Source: an uncultured bacterium
GTDB taxonomy: Bacteria > Spirochaetota > UBA4802 > UB4802
Length of the DNA stretch: 64,000 nt
Assembly (NCBI GenBank): GCA_937920495.1
Contig: CALEUQ010000025.1
Span: forward strand, 2,174-66,173
Reading direction: 5' to 3'
Shown: positions 59,382-64,000 of the stretch, in pieces
Layout of the letters: each line of letters starts with the position of its first letter
How positions within the stretch are numbered: position 1 is the stretch's first letter
Translations under genes and position numbers: made by a program
The notes under the pieces: generated by a model
What the model was told of the DNA's origin: nothing
What the model saw: the letters and a program-made list of their open reading frames with translations, nothing else
Database searches by the model: none

Positions 59382-60689
59382 TTATGTGCCAAAATCCTCT
59401 TTTGGTGGATTGTAATAACCCAATTGTAATCCTGGATATGTGGTACGCAAAAGTTTTACGAGCTGCCGCACACCAATTGCATCTTCATCTTCAAACCCAA
59501 TGTTATCCAGATAATAATCCGGATCGATGTTAAGATTACGTGTTTGTATCATATTAACCGGATAGTTGTCAAGAAAAGTTAATAAATGCTCAACCTCCGA
59601 CACTGCATCTGTAAAACCAGGCAAAAAGAAAAGATTAATAGATACAAAAATGCCGGCATGTAATGCAATCTCAACACTGCGCAACACATCATTAAAGCTA
59701 TAATTTTTGGGGCGATAGTACCTGGTATAATATTTTTCCGTTGGTGAATTCATACTGATACGCACAGAATCAAGCCCTGCATCAATACAGTGTTTAAGCG
59801 CGTGCGGCAGTGACCCATTGGTATTCAGATGTATGGTCCCTTTGCTGGTTTTTTCCCTTACTATTGAAATGGCTTTTGCAAGGTCCTTTGCCCGCAGAAG
59901 CGGTTCGCCTTCACAACCCTGTCCAAAGCTAACCACTGCCCTGTCAACCCGTTCAATGTGATGCAGCATAACCTGTGCGATCTCATCTGCTTCAGGTTCA
60001 CGATTGAGCCGATACTGCGAAACATGCACTCCCGTATCTTTCTGGAACGAAAAGCAGCCAAGACATAATGCATTGCATGATTTGGTTGTAGGCAATGGTG
60101 CTTCGTAGCGACTCAAAAAGAAATTACGCGCACACAAACAGCCATACTGCGTGGAACATTTTGAAAGCTGTTGCACCATTCTGTTTTCGGGATACATAGT
60201 CTTTACAGCTTTTATCTTTTTATAAAGCTCTATGTCATTTTTATGTAACGCGGGGTCAGAGCGTGGATCCGGGTCAATACGCAGCGCCGGCACATAGAAA
60301 TCATCACCCACAAACACCAGGCCGCAGTATGCCCACAGTGATAGAATTGGAGCACCAGCTTTTGACACATACGCCGGCAGGTACGTACGTAAATATCCCG
60401 AACTCAAGAAAGAAGCAACAGCCCATATCTCATTTCCATTGTAGTGAGTAATGGTTGTAAAACGCCTGCCTTCCACCGGATACCGTTGCGGTAAAAGGTA
60501 CAGGGTGCTGCCATCCGGGATGGGTATAAGCTCTTTTTCATCCACTTTTACAAATCGGCGGCCTGACCTGAACACGGCTACTGCCTCAGGATGTTTGTAC
60601 ACGTTACCATCTTTGTCGCAAAATGCTAGATATGGTTTTTTCATAGTAACGCCGTTCACAAATCTATTATACCAATGTGCTTTATACAT
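59382..60689 (-). CDS. radical SAM enzyme with ~190-aa N-terminal extension
   Basis: CNALCLGC carries the CxxxCxxC motif at residue ~205. No C-terminal Cys cluster is present. Confidence 0.65.
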   Translation of the reverse strand: MYKAHWYNRFVNGVTMKKPYLAFCDKDGNVYKHPEAVAVFRSGRRFVKVDEKELIPIPDGSTLYLLPQRYPVEGRRFTTITHYNGNEIWAVASFLSSGYLRTYLPAYVSKAGAPILSLWAYCGLVFVGDDFYVPALRIDPDPRSDPALHKNDIELYKKIKAVKTMYPENRMVQQLSKCSTQYGCLCARNFFLSRYEAPLPTTKSCNALCLGCFSFQKDTGVHVSQYRLNREPEADEIAQVMLHHIERVDRAVVSFGQGCEGEPLLRAKDLAKAISIVREKTSKGTIHLNTNGSLPHALKHCIDAGLDSVRISMNSPTEKYYTRYYRPKNYSFNDVLRSVEIALHAGIFVSINLFFLPGFTDAVSEVEHLLTFLDNYPVNMIQTRNLNIDPDYYLDNIGFEDEDAIGVRQLVKLLRTTYPGLQLGYYNPPKEDFGT

Positions 60690-61171
60690 GCAGATAATTT
60701 TTTATTATATTCCTTTTCTGCATGGCGCATGCGTGTTCGCAGGCTGTTTTGTTCTTTTTGCAACTGGCGGTAATGAGTATCCTTTTTTATTGCAGCTTTA
60801 TCTTTTCCCTGTTTCATCAAGGTTTGTTTATACTGTATGCGTGTGTCACGCACTTTACGCCATTCGTTTTTTAATGACTGCAGCTCTTTTTTTATGTGCG
60901 ATAGTTCATTGTCAAAATATTTCCTGAAAAGCATTTCACTGGCAGCATGAAACTGCGCTAACTTTTGCACCAGAGTATCACGATATATTCTCCCCTTTTC
61001 GGTAAGTGTGCAGCGATTGTCTTGTACCGATATATACCCTGCGTTGATTAAATGCATGAAAAAATTTTGCCGGTTACTATCGCCGCATAAAAACAGCAGG
61101 CAAAGAATATGTTCCACTTCCTCTTGTGAAAGAGAAGATTTTATTAACGCAGCACGTAATTTTTCTATCAT
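60656..61171 (-). CDS. hypothetical helical protein (possible wHTH N-domain + coiled coil)
   Basis: A 171-aa ORF. Its ATG overlaps the ThiS-like gene stop (ATGA), and its 3' end overlaps the radical SAM gene start. Confidence 0.4.
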   Translation of the reverse strand: MIEKLRAALIKSSLSQEEVEHILCLLFLCGDSNRQNFFMHLINAGYISVQDNRCTLTEKGRIYRDTLVQKLAQFHAASEMLFRKYFDNELSHIKKELQSLKNEWRKVRDTRIQYKQTLMKQGKDKAAIKKDTHYRQLQKEQNSLRTRMRHAEKEYNKKLSACIKHIGIIDL

Positions 61172-61365
61172 CCCCCACCAACAAACCGCGCTATTTCAAG
61201 TACATCCCCATTCTGCAAAGTTTCAGTGGCGTACTTTTCTTTATCCACTATACGTCCATTCTTTTCCACCATGATCTTTGATGGATTAAAGCGGTATAAA
61301 TCAAGTAGCTCTTGTAATGTGTTTTTTTCAAATTCAATATCTATGCCGTTTACCCTGATCCTCAT
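61168..61365 (-). CDS. thiS: ThiS/MoaD-like sulfur-carrier (beta-grasp, C-terminal Gly-Gly)
   Basis: A 65-aa protein starting MRIRVNGIDIEF and ending FVGGG. The supplied 125-aa ORF is an upstream extension with no support, and the true start is at 61365. Confidence 0.7.
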   Translation of the reverse strand: MRIRVNGIDIEFEKNTLQELLDLYRFNPSKIMVEKNGRIVDKEKYATETLQNGDVLEIARFVGGG

Positions 61366-61378
61366 ACTGTTCCCTTTT

Positions 61379-62110
61379 TTATGTAGTGCCCCACTCATAG
61401 ATAAGTATAGCCGGCAGCACAATAGCTGCCGTTTCAGCTCTAAGTTGTGTAGCACCATTATATAATACAATCCAACCAAACTGGCGTGCAATTTCAACTT
61501 CTTTTTTTGAAAAGCCTCCTTCGGGTCCTGTGAACAGCATAACATCGTTACGCGTGGTGTTGTTTTTCAAAAACTGCCGTAAACTCTGCGCCTCTGGATC
61601 TGCATGTGCCAGTATCCCGATGCCTTTATTCAACGTTACCACCTTGCTGAATTCCATTACAGGGCTTACCACACACACATCGTTTCTTAGACATTGCTTT
61701 GAAGCTTCACTTGCTATCTTTTGCCAGCGTGCTACTTTCTTTTCTTCCTTTTCGGAAATATCTGGTATGGTGCGATCGGTAATTACAGGGATTATACGAC
61801 GCACTCCTATCTCCACAGCCTTCTGAACCACCAGATCAAATTTTTTTCCTTTTAACACAGCCACACATAACGTCACATCCAGTGCAATATCGGGATACTG
61901 GTAAGTGTCAGTTATGGCGGCAATGATTCTTCCAGACTCAATGTGTGCGATAGTTGCCCTGTAGCGCACACCATCCGAGTCAATTACCTGGATACTATCG
62001 CCAATATGAGCTCTACGCACTTTCACAAGATGGCGATAATCCTCACCTTCAATACACACTGTATTATCATCACCTGGCGCAGTAACGAAAAATTGTGCCA
62101 CGTTAATCAC
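61379..62110 (-). CDS. rsmE: 16S rRNA (uracil1498-N3)-methyltransferase
   Basis: It has the GPEGGFS SPOUT motif and a PUA-like N-terminus. Length is 243 aa. Confidence 0.85.
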   Translation of the reverse strand: MINVAQFFVTAPGDDNTVCIEGEDYRHLVKVRRAHIGDSIQVIDSDGVRYRATIAHIESGRIIAAITDTYQYPDIALDVTLCVAVLKGKKFDLVVQKAVEIGVRRIIPVITDRTIPDISEKEEKKVARWQKIASEASKQCLRNDVCVVSPVMEFSKVVTLNKGIGILAHADPEAQSLRQFLKNNTTRNDVMLFTGPEGGFSKKEVEIARQFGWIVLYNGATQLRAETAAIVLPAILIYEWGTT

Positions 62111-62900
62111 CTAATTTTTCAGGCCTGAAAATTTCAGGATTAATTGCTGCACCATCTTCTATAGAAGTAATTTCCATCACAGTCATGGTGCCCTTTTTAA
62201 TATTCAGCATATCATAACGTACGGGGAATGTTCTTCCATCCTTCTGGGCAACCTTTACAATGGAAAGTGTCTTAAATATTACTTTATCCTGATCATGATA
62301 ATCGATACGCAGGGGAATATAATTTTTTTTTACTACATATAACGTAAGTTTGCCATAGGCTCCAGTTTTATCAATGGGATCAAGCGTCAATTTATAGCAA
62401 TCATTATTTTTCAGAATGACTGAGCCATCAATACGTGCAACATAATTGCTCTGCAAATCTGCATTTGAAATATCAACATAAAAAAAGTTTGTTGCAAGTA
62501 TATCATCGTATTTATCAATACCCATTTTGTGAAACAGGGCACGAGCAGCCATATCATATACCCACAGATCCTCACCGCCTATTCGGTACAGTACTTTTTG
62601 TATGCTTCCGCGCGCTGGTTTTATAATATCAAATAAAAACTGATTTTTTTGTATATATCCAGTAATCTGTAATTTTTGAGCTGACCCGTCAGGTGTAATA
62701 TGCATCATATACCCTTTAAGTATCCCATCAGGGTACTCCATAATGCGGTCAACACGTGCTAAAATTTCCTGTGCAGTAAGTTCTACTTCCCTTTCAGCCT
62801 GAGCACTACTATGCACTTCTGAAAGAAAGACTGCACTTGCAGCCATAAGTAGTACTATGATTATACTGTGTATATTCTTCATGATATATTCACAACACAC
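62103..62900 (-). CDS. LolA-like / outer-membrane lipoprotein-sorting-like secreted protein
   Basis: It has a signal peptide and unclosed-barrel-like composition. Assigned by architecture only. Confidence 0.4.
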   Translation of the reverse strand: MCCEYIMKNIHSIIIVLLMAASAVFLSEVHSSAQAEREVELTAQEILARVDRIMEYPDGILKGYMMHITPDGSAQKLQITGYIQKNQFLFDIIKPARGSIQKVLYRIGGEDLWVYDMAARALFHKMGIDKYDDILATNFFYVDISNADLQSNYVARIDGSVILKNNDCYKLTLDPIDKTGAYGKLTLYVVKKNYIPLRIDYHDQDKVIFKTLSIVKVAQKDGRTFPVRYDMLNIKKGTMTVMEITSIEDGAAINPEIFRPEKLGD

Positions 62901-63037
62901 TTATAAAAAGATAGCAACTGTTTCTGTTATTAAATACGCACTCACACACGGCAAGGCACAATAGCTTCCCAGATATCCAGTTGTCACAATAACGTTATTA
63001 AGATATATCAAGCTCTGGTATATTTACAAATTATTTT

Positions 63038-63439
63038 TTACGCATGATTATCTGAAATATAATATTTATCCTGTACCGATGTCCCTATGTCAGGCCTTAG
63101 CTTCTTTGCATCTCTTAGATAGACGTGAACTATCTCCTCTGGTGTTTTATCAGTATTAATATGCAGCAAAACCCTCACACACATGCCCAGCGATCCGGGA
63201 ACAGGTATCTCGCGAGAACACAGAAGCGGTATATGTATCCATCCCATCCTTCGCGCCGCAACAGCAGGGAATTCTGCATTAAGGTCATCGGTTACAGTGA
63301 ATATGGCCGAAGCTATATCTTGGGTTTCAATGTTATTTACAGTAACTATCGCCCGCAATAACTCTTCAGTTCTTTGCACTATCTCTTCTTTTGTATTTTC
63401 ATCAACGGTAATTGCGCCGCGCACCCCCCGTACCACCAT
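63038..63439 (-). CDS. aroH: chorismate mutase, AroH class
   Basis: MVVRGVRGAITVDENTKEEI matches the AroH N-terminus. Length is 133 aa. Confidence 0.85.
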   Translation of the reverse strand: MVVRGVRGAITVDENTKEEIVQRTEELLRAIVTVNNIETQDIASAIFTVTDDLNAEFPAVAARRMGWIHIPLLCSREIPVPGSLGMCVRVLLHINTDKTPEEIVHVYLRDAKKLRPDIGTSVQDKYYISDNHA

Positions 63440-64000
63440 TACTCCTCCTTGCGTATGCCAGCACCCAGCGCCTGCATAAGCTCCACAAAATTAGGAAACG
63501 TAACCCCTACCGATTCAGCCGTGTCTATAATTGTGCTTCCTTCTGCCCCAAGCCCGGCAACAGCAAGCGACATCACCACCCGGTGATCATGGTGCCCACT
63601 GACATGCGCGCCCTTCAACGCACTCTGGTTGATGACAAGGCCATCAGGCAATTCCTCAATATCTGCGCCCATCTTTTTAAGCTCCTTACACATTACCGCT
63701 ATACGATCGGTTTCCTTTACGCGCGCCTGTGGTACATTGACCAGGCGTGTCTGGCCACTGGCAAAACACGCACATACCGAAAGCGCCGGCAATGCATCAG
63801 GCATGGCATTTAAGTCAAACACTCCTCCTTTAAGTGGTTTTCCGGTTATGGCGATAGCATCCGGTAACACCTCCACTTCAGCACCCATTGCCTGTAAAAT
63901 GCGCACTACTTCTTTGTCCCCCTGTGTGTCGTTGAAATCAAGGCCTTTTAATACAACAGTACTTTGTGTGATGGCTGCAGCCACAAGAAAAAATGTAGCC
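63439..64000 (-). CDS. aroA: 3-phosphoshikimate 1-carboxyvinyltransferase (EPSP synthase), C-terminal part; gene continues beyond window end
   Basis: The C-terminal EPSPS motifs LPDALPALSV...RVKETDRI are present. The 5' end is truncated by the window. Its stop overlaps the aroH start by 1 nt. Confidence 0.85.
   Translation of the reverse strand, partial: ATFFLVAAAITQSTVVLKGLDFNDTQGDKEVVRILQAMGAEVEVLPDAIAITGKPLKGGVFDLNAMPDALPALSVCACFASGQTRLVNVPQARVKETDRIAVMCKELKKMGADIEELPDGLVINQSALKGAHVSGHHDHRVVMSLAVAGLGAEGSTIIDTAESVGVTFPNFVELMQALGAGIRKEE

Noticed and set aside
61168-61545. 125-aa ORF as listed
   Set aside because: Only the last 65 residues (from the ATG at 61365) form a ThiS/MoaD-like protein. 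The upstream 60 residues overlap the rsmE 3' end and have no support.
63125-63813. Plus-strand ORFs of 70-133 aa across aroH/aroA
   Set aside because: They are embedded antisense in well-supported shikimate-pathway genes.
1-64000. tRNA / rRNA genes
   Set aside because: Scanned by eye for T-loop signatures (GGTTCGAATCC / GGTTCAAATCC and reverse complements) and rRNA-like conserved blocks and found none. A tRNAscan-SE run would be decisive.

Overview
This is a roughly 64 kb chromosomal segment from a low-GC (about 38-40% by eye) Gram-negative bacterium. It encodes a SurA-like chaperone, a LolA-like protein, FadL-type and other beta-barrel outer-membrane proteins, and a LysM lipoprotein. The phylum cannot be fixed from sequence alone. 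The 7TMR-DISM/PP2C signalling proteins and the citramalate-synthase-type LeuA homologue are compatible with a spirochaete (Leptospira-like) or deltaproteobacterial-like genome, but this is a guess. Coding density is high (about 50 genes). The housekeeping genes are argB, a class II fructose-1,6-bisphosphatase (glpX), murI, a LeuA/CimA-family synthase, lon, a DinG-type Fe-S helicase, rsmE, aroH and the 3' part of aroA. The signalling genes are a 7TMR-DISM-linked PP2C phosphatase, a 7TMR-DISM-linked MCP, a membrane PAS/RsbW-like kinase and an HD-GYP protein. A partial pseudaminic-acid-like sugar cluster (PseG-like, SpsF-like cytidylyltransferase, radical SAM/SPASM) is interrupted by an inserted coiled-coil/nuclease-like gene. 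There is also a Na/Pi cotransporter, a lipase with a possible foldase, and a secreted WD40-caspase fusion. No rRNA, tRNA, CRISPR array or transposase gene was recognised. Two families of non-coding repeats stand out. Family A is a roughly 120-bp element carrying a GC-rich hairpin plus a TTGACA-containing tail, with three full copies and one core-only copy. Family B is a roughly 150-bp array of short hairpin units with two copies, each lying close to an A copy. The unusual items are the secreted WD40-peptidase C14 protein beside the lipase, a radical SAM gene translationally linked to a ThiS-like GG-terminated carrier, a GC-rich structured intergenic region closed by a perfect 18-bp hairpin, and the repeat-bounded accessory patch at 46-50 kb.
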